Shown piece after piece: positions 29,260 to 38,006 of a stretch of DNA of 64,000 bases (within the stretch, counting starts at the first letter, position 1; the number at the start of each line of letters is the position of its first letter). A program made the translations under genes and the position numbers. The notes beneath the pieces were generated by a model. It ran no database searches. It had not been told where the DNA came from and saw nothing but the letters and a program-made list of their open reading frames with translations. The stretch comes from Candidatus Aminicenantes bacterium (GTDB taxonomy: Bacteria > Acidobacteriota > Aminicenantia > Aminicenantales > Aminicenantaceae), in contig DRHQ01000112.1 in the NCBI GenBank assembly GCA_011049545.1, positions 1,346-65,345 on the forward strand. Reading direction: 5' to 3'.

Positions 29260-31353
29260 ATGAAGATTGAAACATGTTTCGGAATTTTTCCTGAATCTTG
29301 CATGAAAGGCAATCAAGTCAAAGATAAGCATCGGAGCAGTCGATTACAGGCAGGTATAGTCACCTTCATAACACTGCAATTATTTCTGATAATGAATGCC
29401 AGCGCACAGGAGAAGCGCCCTCTTTCACCTGACCAGGCCATCAGAATTGTGAGGATTAGAGATGTGCTTATGACGCCCGATGGGGGAAAAGTCTTCTATT
29501 CCAGAACTCGCCTGGAATGGGATAAAAACAAATACAAAAAAACCTATTACATGATCCCATCAACGGGGGGAACTCCACAGCAGTTTATTGGAAAAGAAGG
29601 CGGGGAGGGCTTCCAATTCTCTCCCAACGGGAAATACCTTTCTTTTTTAAGGGAAATCGATAAAGATATGCAGCTTTTCCTTATACCCGTCACAGGTGGT
29701 GAAGCGCTCCAATACACCAAGCATAAGGGAGGAATTGAGGAATACAAATGGAGCAGAGACAGTAAACAGATATTTTTCGCCGCTAAGGACACCATGAGCG
29801 AGAAACAGCAAATGGAATGGGAAAAAGGCGCGGATGCCTATTATGTTGATGAGGGTCCGAACGGAAAACTTGCCGGACGATGGCGTAATCTTTGGGTGTT
29901 TGACATCGAATCTAAGAAAGAGATCAGTCTGACAAAGGAGAAATTTCTTCTACAAGACTTTGATGTCTCACCAGACGGTAAGTATGTTGCTCTCGCAGCA
30001 CAACCAAATAACCGGCAAAATTATCCACACCTTTCAGAGCTGTATTTGTATGATCTTGATAAGAATAGTTTGAAACGTTTGACCTACAACAGGGCGCCGG
30101 AAGAAAACTTGAAGTGGTCTCCAGACGGCAAGGTTTTTCTCTATCGTTCTCCGGATGACAAAGAATTCGACCTGCACAATGGATTTTTCTGGATCATGAA
30201 TCCGAAAACCGGGGAAAACTGGAAGCTAACCGCGCAAAATCGGGGAGAAGTCGACCATGTGGTTTGGATGCCGGACGGCAGAAGTTTGCTTTTTAATGAA
30301 GTACACGGCACGAATGTAAATCTCTACCGCCTTGACATAGAGAAAGATACGATGACGCCGCTTACAAACAAAACCGGTACTTTACGCGCCCTAGCTTTCT
30401 CGGAAGACCGCAAAAAGATGGTCTATTCATTTTCAGACTTCAACACCCCTGCGGATATTTATGTTTCTGATGTGGCGGCCAAAAACGAGATTCAGCTTAC
30501 CTATGCCAACCCGTGGATCGATAAAGAGGTTCTACTTGGCAAAGGTGAGGTGCTGCGCTGGAAGAGCCCTGATGGAACGGAAATAGAAGGCATCTTCATC
30601 TTTCCCGTCGACTTCAAAAAGGGAGAAAAGGCTCCGTTGATGCTAGACATCCACGGAGGTCCCAGCGGCTATTTCGGAAACGATTTTGATACATTTTTCC
30701 AACTTTATTCAGGGCTTGGCTATGCCGTACTTGGACCGAATGTGCGCGGCAGCAGTGGCTACGGTGATGAAATCCTGCAAGGGCTCATGGGCGATGTCGG
30801 AGGCGGTGAGTTTGAAGACTTGATGTCCGGGGTCGATCATGTCATCGAGCTTGGCCATGTCAATCCTGAACGCATGGGAGTCCGCGGTTGGAGTTGGGGT
30901 GGCGTCAGTTGTGGATGGGTAGTAACCCATACGGACCGTTTCAAGGCCGCCTCCTGTGGCGCAGGAGTGTTTAGCTGGCAGGCCGAATCCGGTCCTGGAT
31001 TTAATTTCGATGTCTCGCTGTGGTATATCGGCGGCAATGCATGGGAAAACCCGGAGGAGTGGCGTAACCATTCCGCTCTGACATATGTAAAAAACGTGGA
31101 AACGCCAACGCTTCTGCTTCATGGATCACGCGATATCACCAGCAGCACGAACCAGAGCATGGTCTTTTATACGGCTTTGCGTGATTTAAACGTTCCCACC
31201 CGGTTTATGAAGTTTCCACGCCAGGATCATGGCGTGCGTGAACCCCGCTTGAGACGTATTTTGATGATAGAAGAAATAAAATGGATGCAAAAACATATTT
31301 TTGGAAAAGAATGGGAACCGCCGGAAATGAAGCATGATTTTTCTCAGGAATAA
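29260..31353 (+). CDS. S9 family serine peptidase, secreted
   Basis: GWSWGG nucleophile elbow, GSRDITS (Asp), RQDHG (His). Propeller repeats SPNGK/SPDGK. GGAG 8 nt upstream of the ATG. Confidence 0.85.
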   Translation: MKIETCFGIFPESCMKGNQVKDKHRSSRLQAGIVTFITLQLFLIMNASAQEKRPLSPDQAIRIVRIRDVLMTPDGGKVFYSRTRLEWDKNKYKKTYYMIPSTGGTPQQFIGKEGGEGFQFSPNGKYLSFLREIDKDMQLFLIPVTGGEALQYTKHKGGIEEYKWSRDSKQIFFAAKDTMSEKQQMEWEKGADAYYVDEGPNGKLAGRWRNLWVFDIESKKEISLTKEKFLLQDFDVSPDGKYVALAAQPNNRQNYPHLSELYLYDLDKNSLKRLTYNRAPEENLKWSPDGKVFLYRSPDDKEFDLHNGFFWIMNPKTGENWKLTAQNRGEVDHVVWMPDGRSLLFNEVHGTNVNLYRLDIEKDTMTPLTNKTGTLRALAFSEDRKKMVYSFSDFNTPADIYVSDVAAKNEIQLTYANPWIDKEVLLGKGEVLRWKSPDGTEIEGIFIFPVDFKKGEKAPLMLDIHGGPSGYFGNDFDTFFQLYSGLGYAVLGPNVRGSSGYGDEILQGLMGDVGGGEFEDLMSGVDHVIELGHVNPERMGVRGWSWGGVSCGWVVTHTDRFKAASCGAGVFSWQAESGPGFNFDVSLWYIGGNAWENPEEWRNHSALTYVKNVETPTLLLHGSRDITSSTNQSMVFYTALRDLNVPTRFMKFPRQDHGVREPRLRRILMIEEIKWMQKHIFGKEWEPPEMKHDFSQE

Positions 31354-31480
31354 TTGCGGCCAAGGGATCTATTCACAGGCGGTCTCTTTTTATCCAAGAT
31401 TGCCAGCAGTGACAATGCTCATTAAATGATTGCGCTTTTTAAGATGGAAGCGATTATGCCGAAGACATCAAAGAAAATTC

Positions 31481-31537
31481 TAGAAAAAGGGGCAAACCTG
31501 CTCCTCCAGGTCATCCTGAGACTGGCAACTTAATCTT
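31481..31537 (+). repeat. 57-bp direct repeat, copy 2 (relic 3' end of an amidase-like gene)
   Basis: 55/57 identical to 28909-28965. In the same frame it reads ILEKGANLLLQVILRLAT-stop, versus DLEKGANLLLQVILRLAS-stop in the intact gene. Confidence 0.9.
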
Positions 31538-31548
31538 AAGCACGCTTA

Positions 31549-31977
31549 TTATTCCTCTAAATCATCCATCTTAGGGCGGAATCTCCGTGCTTCTTTTTTC
31601 TGGGATTGTTTCTTTTTCTCCTCTAGCATCTTGAGTTTTGCTCTTTTCGAGCGCTTTCTTTTCTGGCGGCGGATTTTTTCAATCCTTTTCTGCTCTTCGC
31701 TTTCTTTCCCTCGAATCATCCTTTCGATTTTATCTGTAAGAATCCTTCTAGCTATAAATCGGTTTATTGCTTGAGAGCGCTCCCTCTGACACTTCACCTC
31801 AATTTTGGTCGGGAGGTGCTTCAAATAGACACATGTAGAAGTTTTATTGACCTTCTGTCCCCCTTTTCCGCTGGAGCGGATAAACTTCTCCACAATATCT
31901 TTTTCGAATATGCCCAAACTCTCCATTCTCTGGCGAAGAGCACCTTCTTTTTCCTTACGTACGCTAAAAGTAACCAT
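31549..31977 (-). CDS. GGQ-motif class-I release-factor-domain protein (ArfB/ICT1-like ribosome rescue candidate)
   Basis: SSGKGGQKVNKTST motif followed by a highly basic C-terminal tail (RRQKRKRSKRAKLK...). 142 aa. Confidence 0.7.
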   Translation of the reverse strand: MVTFSVRKEKEGALRQRMESLGIFEKDIVEKFIRSSGKGGQKVNKTSTCVYLKHLPTKIEVKCQRERSQAINRFIARRILTDKIERMIRGKESEEQKRIEKIRRQKRKRSKRAKLKMLEEKKKQSQKKEARRFRPKMDDLEE

Positions 31978-32119
31978 TTCTGAAATACAGCCTTTTCTTT
32001 CAATTTGAGTATAATACTTTTCCTTTATGAAAAAAAGGTAACCGAATCCATTTTATATACAAGATGTACATTCCGTTGACTGGTTAATTAAATTCTTATA
32101 AACTCGTACACTATATAAT

Positions 32120-32146
32120 GTGGGCTTGATAAATCAAGCCCCTACA
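32120..32146 (+). repeat. Family A hairpin repeat copy
   Basis: gtgggcttgataaatcaagcccctaca. Confidence 0.8.
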
Positions 32147-32207
32147 ATAATCGGACTAAGTTCCTTAATCGGACTAAGTTCCTTAATTCCACGTAAGGAA
32201 AAACACC

Positions 32208-33908
32208 ATGAGATACAAAAATACCATGAAATATGAAAATTATATAAGATATGAAAGAAAAATATTTTTCATCTACTTCTCTCTGATTCTGCTTCTTATT
32301 TTTTGTATCTTTCCCCTTTCGGCCCTCTCCTCAACAGAGCAAAAGCCTTTAACCGTGGCGGAGGCCAGTAATTTCACTGCAACCTCAAGATATGATGATG
32401 TCACAAGTTTCATAAAAGAACTCCAGCGCAAAAGTTCCCTCTTAAGAGTGGAAACTCTCTGTGTCAGCCCAGAAGGAAGAACAGTTCCCCTCCTTGTCAT
32501 CGGAGAGCCTGTTCCGTCTTCCCCGCTGGCTCTTTCTGGTGATGGGAGAGCAGTAGTTTATATCCAAGCCAATATCCATGCTGGAGAAGTCGAAGGAAAA
32601 GAAGCCTCACTAATGCTTGCCAGAGACATCATCCTAAAAGAAAAACCTCCCTTTCTGGATAAATTGGTGATTCTCATCGCTCCTATCTTTAACGCTGATG
32701 GCAATGAAAAGATAAATCCGGCAAACAGACGCAACCAGGCGGGACCTGAAAAAGGAGTTGGTGTTCGTTACAACGGTCAAAACCTCGATTTAAACCGGGA
32801 CGGGATAAAGCTAGAAAGCCCCGAGGTTCAAGGCCTGGTTCGCAATGTTTTGATGCGCTGGGATCCAGCCCTTCTTGTCGACTGTCATACTACCAACGGC
32901 TCCTACCATGAGGAGCCTGTCACTTATGTCTGGGGGCTCAATCCTAACGGAGATACTTCCCTTATCAAATACATGAGGGAAAAAATGATGCCCTCAATAA
33001 ACAAGAACCTGAGGGAAAAATACAAGGTGCTCTCCATTCCCTACGGAAACTTTATGGACTTCAATAATCCAGAAAAAGGATGGCGTCCTTCTGGTCCTCA
33101 GCCGCGTTACCTCACCAATTACATCAGCTTGAGGAACCGTTTGGCCATCCTTAACGAGAATTATGCCTATGCTGATTACAAAACAAGGGTGATGGGTTGC
33201 TATTATTTTCTCCTTTCAATTCTGGAATACTGCTATGACCATAAGGATGGAATTGCTCAGCTCATCCACAGCGCAGATCGAAAAACAATCCAGAGAGGAA
33301 TGAGGCCTTCTGCAGACGATACTTTCGCTGTTGAATACGATCTGAAGCCTCTTAAAGATAAAGTCACTATTCTCGGCTGGGAAATGGAAGTCATACCAAG
33401 GGAGAGCGGCTGGCCGCGGGTAAAGAAAAAAGACAAGAAAAAAACCTACAGAGTCCCTTATTTCTCTGACTTTGTTCCGAAAAGATCTGTACCTTTCCCC
33501 TATGCTTATCTTATTCCAAAGGTCAATCCGGAAATCACAGAAAAGCTTCTCCAGCACGGGCTAGCAGTGGAGAAGTTAAGAGAACCTGTTAGCTTGGAGG
33601 TGGAATCTTTCCGAATAAAAGAGATCAAGGGAGCCTCAAGACTCTTTCAGGGACACTACTTGAATTCAGTAAAAGGCGAATACCATTTGGAGAAAAAAGA
33701 GTTTCCAGAAGGGACTCTTTTTATAGCGACAGCCCAGCCCCTTGCCAATGTAGCGGCCTACCTTCTTGAGCCAGAAAGCGATGATGGACTGCTCGTCTGG
33801 AATTTCTTCGACCGTTATGTTGTCTCCCAGTGGCGCCGAGAGCTGCAGTCCTATCCTGTTTACAGACTTTTAAAGCCAGTTAACCTAGTTAAGGAAAGTA
33901 TAGAATAA
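32208..33908 (+). CDS. M14-family zinc carboxypeptidase, secreted
   Basis: Signal peptide. Zn motif IQANIHAGEVEGKE (H-x-x-E). NADGNE and CHT region. 566 aa. Confidence 0.75.
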   Translation: MRYKNTMKYENYIRYERKIFFIYFSLILLLIFCIFPLSALSSTEQKPLTVAEASNFTATSRYDDVTSFIKELQRKSSLLRVETLCVSPEGRTVPLLVIGEPVPSSPLALSGDGRAVVYIQANIHAGEVEGKEASLMLARDIILKEKPPFLDKLVILIAPIFNADGNEKINPANRRNQAGPEKGVGVRYNGQNLDLNRDGIKLESPEVQGLVRNVLMRWDPALLVDCHTTNGSYHEEPVTYVWGLNPNGDTSLIKYMREKMMPSINKNLREKYKVLSIPYGNFMDFNNPEKGWRPSGPQPRYLTNYISLRNRLAILNENYAYADYKTRVMGCYYFLLSILEYCYDHKDGIAQLIHSADRKTIQRGMRPSADDTFAVEYDLKPLKDKVTILGWEMEVIPRESGWPRVKKKDKKKTYRVPYFSDFVPKRSVPFPYAYLIPKVNPEITEKLLQHGLAVEKLREPVSLEVESFRIKEIKGASRLFQGHYLNSVKGEYHLEKKEFPEGTLFIATAQPLANVAAYLLEPESDDGLLVWNFFDRYVVSQWRRELQSYPVYRLLKPVNLVKESIE

Positions 33909-33919
33909 TTAATCTTCAG

Positions 33920-34041
33920 AGATTGCCACGTCGCTATGCTCCTCGCAATGACAGTTTTGCCGATGAGATTGCCACGCTACGCCCGCAATGACAATTTTCC
34001 CAACAAGATTGATACGTTCCCCCTTGTCGCTCGCCATGACA
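33920..34041 (+). repeat. Family C repeats, three tandem-spaced copies (third degenerate)
   Basis: agattgccacgtcgctatgctcctcgcaatgaca (33920-33953), agattgccacgctacgcccgcaatgaca (33966-33993), and a degenerate copy at 34006-34041. Confidence 0.8.
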
Positions 34042-34070
34042 AGATCTATGCTAACTCCAAAGTTTAATAA

Positions 34071-34886
34071 TTATTTCTCTTTATTCTTGGAAGCAACCAT
34101 GAATTTGCCGCAGTTTTCACAGACATAAATATCGTTGCTCCCCTCTATGGCTGAGCTCAATCCCGTAGCCACATTGATATTGCAGCCTTGACAAACACCT
34201 ACATCCACCTCAGCCACAGCAAACCCGTATCTTTCCATGAGCCTGTCATACCTGGCCACCAGGGCTTCATCGAGCTCCTGGCGAATCAAATTAGCCTGCT
34301 CTTTGAGTTTTTTCCGTTGCTCCTTTTTTGCCCTTTTCTTTTTTTTCTCGATTTCTTGTAGCTTCATCAGAAGGCTGGCTCGGCTGATAATCGTATCCTC
34401 TTGAGGAAAGCTTAATGATATTTCTGAGAGAACTCCACGCAGCTCTGATTTATTCTTAGATCCAAAGACTCTCTGTCTGAATCGCGAGTACCTTAAGAAT
34501 TTGGCCAGCCCAGCAAACAGATGATTAAAAAGGCCAGGAAGAGAAGGATTCCAGACAATCAGTATAATGAGATGGACTTTTTTGCCATCAATGGAATCAA
34601 AGCTAATCCCCCCTTTAGATTTCCCTACGGCAATAGCTATTTCCCCCTCAGTGTCCACACGGGCATGGGGAAGAGCGACATTGTGCCCGAGCCCAGTGGA
34701 TTCCAGTCTTTCTCTATCAATAATCCGGGTCAAAACGAGCTTTTTATTTTCGACAAGCTTTTGTTTGACTAAAACATCAAGCAGTTCCTCTATAGCCTGA
34801 ATTTTATCCTTGGCTTTAAGGTTGAAAATAATTTGAGAAGGCTGGAGAAAATCTGAAAAATGTGAACTTTTAAGCGAACCTTTCAT
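34071..34886 (-). CDS. PTS EIIA(Ntr)-type domain fused to a coiled-coil and C4 zinc ribbon
   Basis: N-terminal EIIA_2-like region with LGHNVALPHARVD (phospho-His context). A K/E-rich coiled segment. C-terminal CQGC...x23...CENC zinc ribbon resembling the COG1579/DUF164 tail. Confidence 0.6.
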   Translation of the reverse strand: MKGSLKSSHFSDFLQPSQIIFNLKAKDKIQAIEELLDVLVKQKLVENKKLVLTRIIDRERLESTGLGHNVALPHARVDTEGEIAIAVGKSKGGISFDSIDGKKVHLIILIVWNPSLPGLFNHLFAGLAKFLRYSRFRQRVFGSKNKSELRGVLSEISLSFPQEDTIISRASLLMKLQEIEKKKKRAKKEQRKKLKEQANLIRQELDEALVARYDRLMERYGFAVAEVDVGVCQGCNINVATGLSSAIEGSNDIYVCENCGKFMVASKNKEK

Positions 34887-35060
34887 CTATTCTATTCATA
34901 TTCTAACATAAAAATCATCATCTCAAAAGATTTTATAAGATTAAAAAATAAAAATTTGCATTTGACGCCTTTGGCCTTGGAGTAGAAAAATAGGAGTTGC
35001 ACAAAGAAACGGGAGAAATAGGGACTGCGCCAATTTTTAACCATTTTTATACTCAAAAAT

Positions 35061-35101
35061 GTGGGCTTGATGAATCAAGCCCCTACAGAAGAATCAAACC
35101 C
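35061..35101 (+). repeat. Family A hairpin repeat with extra third arm
   Basis: gtgggcttgatgaatcaagcccctacagaagaatcaaaccc. Confidence 0.8.
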
Positions 35102-35107
35102 AAGAGA

Positions 35108-35130
35108 AATGGGGACAGGCCCCATTTTTA
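35108..35130 (-). terminator. Terminator-like hairpin downstream of the proline-racemase-family gene
   Basis: Minus strand AATGGGG-CCTGT-CCCCATTT followed by a T-rich stretch, 45 nt after the stop at 35174. Confidence 0.5.
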
Positions 35131-35173
35131 CTTACAGAAGAATCATACCCCTAAAGAATATATTTAGCTTTTT

Positions 35174-36208
35174 TTAACGGAGGATGAATCCTTCCCGCAG
35201 AGGATCTTCCGGATTAATCAAAAATTCGTGGCGGCCCGTGATGTAAGCTGAGCCCTCCACCTCAGGGATGACTGCAGAGTAAGGGCCGAAGGTGGTGGTC
35301 TCGACAATCCGCCCGGTAAAGCGAGTCCCGATGATGCTCTCGATGACTACAGGCTGGTTTAGATCAAGTTCACCACGAGCACGAAGCAGGGCAAGCCGGC
35401 CACTGACACCAGTACCAGTAGGAGATCGATCTACCTCTCCCTCGGCAAAAATGCACACATTGCGGCTGTGTGCTCCTTGAGCCTGGGAAGGAGCAATGAA
35501 GATGGTTCCATAGAGGAAGTTTAAATCATCTTCAAAGGGGTGAACGACAGGCGAACTCTCCATCACTGCCTGTTTGATAGCTCTACCCTTTTCTATAAGA
35601 GCACGGTATGCCTCTGGCTTGCAGAGCAAGCCAACATCCTCAGCCTTTACGTAGGCATAAAACGCTCCGCCAAAGGCTATGTCATATTTAACTTTGCCCA
35701 GGCCCGGCACCTGAACAACCTTATCCATGCCAAAGACAAAAGAGGGGACATTTTGAAAAGAGACACTTTTAATCCGACCATTTTCCACTTTAGCCTTAGC
35801 CGTGACAAGTCCTGCAGGCGTATCAATCTTTACGGTGGATTCAGGCTCGCTCCTTGGTAGAATTCCAGTCTCCAGAGCAACTGTTGCCAGACCAATGATG
35901 CCGTGACCACACATACTACTATACCCTTCATTGTGCATGAACAGGACACCGAGGTCAGCGTCCGGAGTTACGGGAGGGGTCAGGAGGCAGCCGTACATAT
36001 CAGCGTGGCCCCTGGGTTCCCACATAAGAGCTTTTCGAAGGTGATCCAGGTTTTCCTTTATGTAGCGGCGACGAACCAGGATAGATTCTCCTGGCACATC
36101 AGGAAAACCTCCGGTAATAATCCGCAATGGCTCGCCTTCTGTATGAACATCTATCGTGGTTATTTTCAGCCAATTATCAGGGGGTGACCAGTGATTTATT
36201 TTTTCCAT
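35174..36208 (-). CDS. Proline racemase superfamily enzyme with a Cys/Thr catalytic pair (predicted trans-3-hydroxy-L-proline dehydratase)
   Basis: SSMCGHG (first catalytic Cys) and DRSPTGTG (Thr where racemases and epimerases have Cys). The ATG at 36208 sits 6 nt after AAGGAGG; the track start at 36214 abuts the SD. Confidence 0.7.
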   Translation of the reverse strand: MEKINHWSPPDNWLKITTIDVHTEGEPLRIITGGFPDVPGESILVRRRYIKENLDHLRKALMWEPRGHADMYGCLLTPPVTPDADLGVLFMHNEGYSSMCGHGIIGLATVALETGILPRSEPESTVKIDTPAGLVTAKAKVENGRIKSVSFQNVPSFVFGMDKVVQVPGLGKVKYDIAFGGAFYAYVKAEDVGLLCKPEAYRALIEKGRAIKQAVMESSPVVHPFEDDLNFLYGTIFIAPSQAQGAHSRNVCIFAEGEVDRSPTGTGVSGRLALLRARGELDLNQPVVIESIIGTRFTGRIVETTTFGPYSAVIPEVEGSAYITGRHEFLINPEDPLREGFILR

Positions 36209-36453
36209 TGTCATCCTCCTTTAGAAATGGAAAAAGGGGATACGCTGCTTAAATGAAAAAAGTAGCCTGTCCTCTTTTTCTTTATGTCCCCTTTTTCTTT
36301 ATCAGAGGTTATAGTGCCGATAAGGCCAAAATCTATGCTCATTTACTCTTTTTTCATAACTGTAAGTAATAAAAATTGCCTTTTTTGTCAAAATTTATAA
36401 CTGTATGTTATAAATATGATATATTATTGAATCTGAGGTTAAAAGGAAAAAAG

Positions 36454-37722
36454 ATGAATGAGCTGAAAGAAAAGGCAAGAGCGCTTATTGATGAATTCAA
36501 GGGAAAAAACTATATCTACGGAATCGATTGTCTGGAGAGAATCGGTGAACTCTCAGTACCTTTTGGGAAAAAAGCTCTTTTAATCACAAATCTGCAAACG
36601 CGCGATCCTCACAGCTACCATAATATTTTCGAATCCCTGGTCGATTCTGGATTGGAAATTGCAGGGCCTTTTCCATCTGCTCAGCCAAACTCTCCGAAAG
36701 AAGACGTTTCGAGGATAAAAGAGGAAATTCTACGAGAGAAGCCTGACTTTGTGCTTGTCGCCTCAGGTGGCTCTGGAATCGATGCTACGAAAGCAGCTGT
36801 TGTCCTGGCAATATTAGATGGCGACATTGAAGATTACTTCGGTACAGGAAAAGTGACTGAAAAATTAGTTGCAGAAGGAAAGAAGCTTCTTCCCTGTATT
36901 GCCGTCCAGACTGCCTCAGGCTCTTCAGCCCACCTGACAAAATACTCCAACATAACTGATCTCAAGACAAACCAGAAAAAGCTTATTATTGATGAAGCTG
37001 TTATCCCTCCAAGGGCTCTTTTTGATTATAGTCTTACAAAATCCATGTCAACCTCATTAACCTTAGATGGCGCCTTTGATGGTCTGGCTCACTGCCTCGA
37101 AGTTTACTACGGCGCAAGTCCTGAATCATTTGAAAAAGCTCAGGAAATTGCGCTGACTGGGATCGAGCTTATTGTCTCTTCTATAGAAAAAGCTGCGGCC
37201 GAACCTTTTGATATAACAACCAGAGAAACCCTTGGCTTAGGAGCCGACCTCGGCGGTTATGCCGTCATGGTAGGAGGAACGAACGGCGCTCACCTCACAA
37301 GTTTTTCTTTGGTGGATATTCTCAGTCATGGTCGAGCCTGCGCTTTGCTTAATCCTTATTATACGGTCTTTTTTGCCTCTTCCATCCAGAAACAGCTCAA
37401 AAAGCTCGCTCATCTTTTTTCAAAATACAGCCTGATCGATGAATCTTCACTATCCTTTGATGGACAAAAATTGGGACTGGCAGTGGCCAAAGCCCTCATT
37501 GCCTTGAGCAAGCGCGTTGGCTATCCGACAACCCTTGGCAAAATCGAGGGAATGAGCAAGGCTCACATAGAAAGAGCACTCCAAGGAGCTAAAAATCCAC
37601 AGCTTGAGACGAAACTCAATAACATGCCTGTTCCCATGACATCTGACATGGTTGACGAATACATGAAGCCCATCCTGGAAGCTGCGCTGAATGGAGATTT
37701 CGGTCTCATAAAAACACTTTAA
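36454..37722 (+). CDS. Iron-containing (group III) alcohol dehydrogenase family protein
   Basis: ASGGSGIDATKAA NAD-binding motif and His-rich metal region (GLAHCLE, GAHLTS). ATG at 36454; the track ORF starts upstream at 36376. Confidence 0.8.
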   Translation: MNELKEKARALIDEFKGKNYIYGIDCLERIGELSVPFGKKALLITNLQTRDPHSYHNIFESLVDSGLEIAGPFPSAQPNSPKEDVSRIKEEILREKPDFVLVASGGSGIDATKAAVVLAILDGDIEDYFGTGKVTEKLVAEGKKLLPCIAVQTASGSSAHLTKYSNITDLKTNQKKLIIDEAVIPPRALFDYSLTKSMSTSLTLDGAFDGLAHCLEVYYGASPESFEKAQEIALTGIELIVSSIEKAAAEPFDITTRETLGLGADLGGYAVMVGGTNGAHLTSFSLVDILSHGRACALLNPYYTVFFASSIQKQLKKLAHLFSKYSLIDESSLSFDGQKLGLAVAKALIALSKRVGYPTTLGKIEGMSKAHIERALQGAKNPQLETKLNNMPVPMTSDMVDEYMKPILEAALNGDFGLIKTL

Positions 37723-37803
37723 GAAAAAGCGCAAAGCCAAGACGTAAAGCTTAAAATGATTCAAATAAAAAATTTATCGCTAAAGCAAACGCATCAAATA
37801 GAA

Positions 37804-37888
37804 TGTCATTGCGAGCCCTGAAAGGGCGTGGCAATCTCTTAAGATGAATTGACGAGATCGCCACGTCGCTTCGCTCCTCGCGATGACA
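37804..37888. repeat. Family C repeats, two copies head-to-head
   Basis: tgtcattgcgagccctgaaagggcgtggcaatct (37804-37837) and agatcgccacgtcgcttcgctcctcgcgatgaca (37855-37888) are in inverted orientation. Confidence 0.8.
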
Positions 37889-38006
37889 CTGGAATAATTG
37901 CGTTTGTATTAGTTAGTTGTGAGCTACTGCAGCTGCGAACTGCGAGTTAATAGAGCAGCAAGACTCAAATAACATGGAGTAAGAAGTAAAGACGAAACGA
38001 AGAAAA

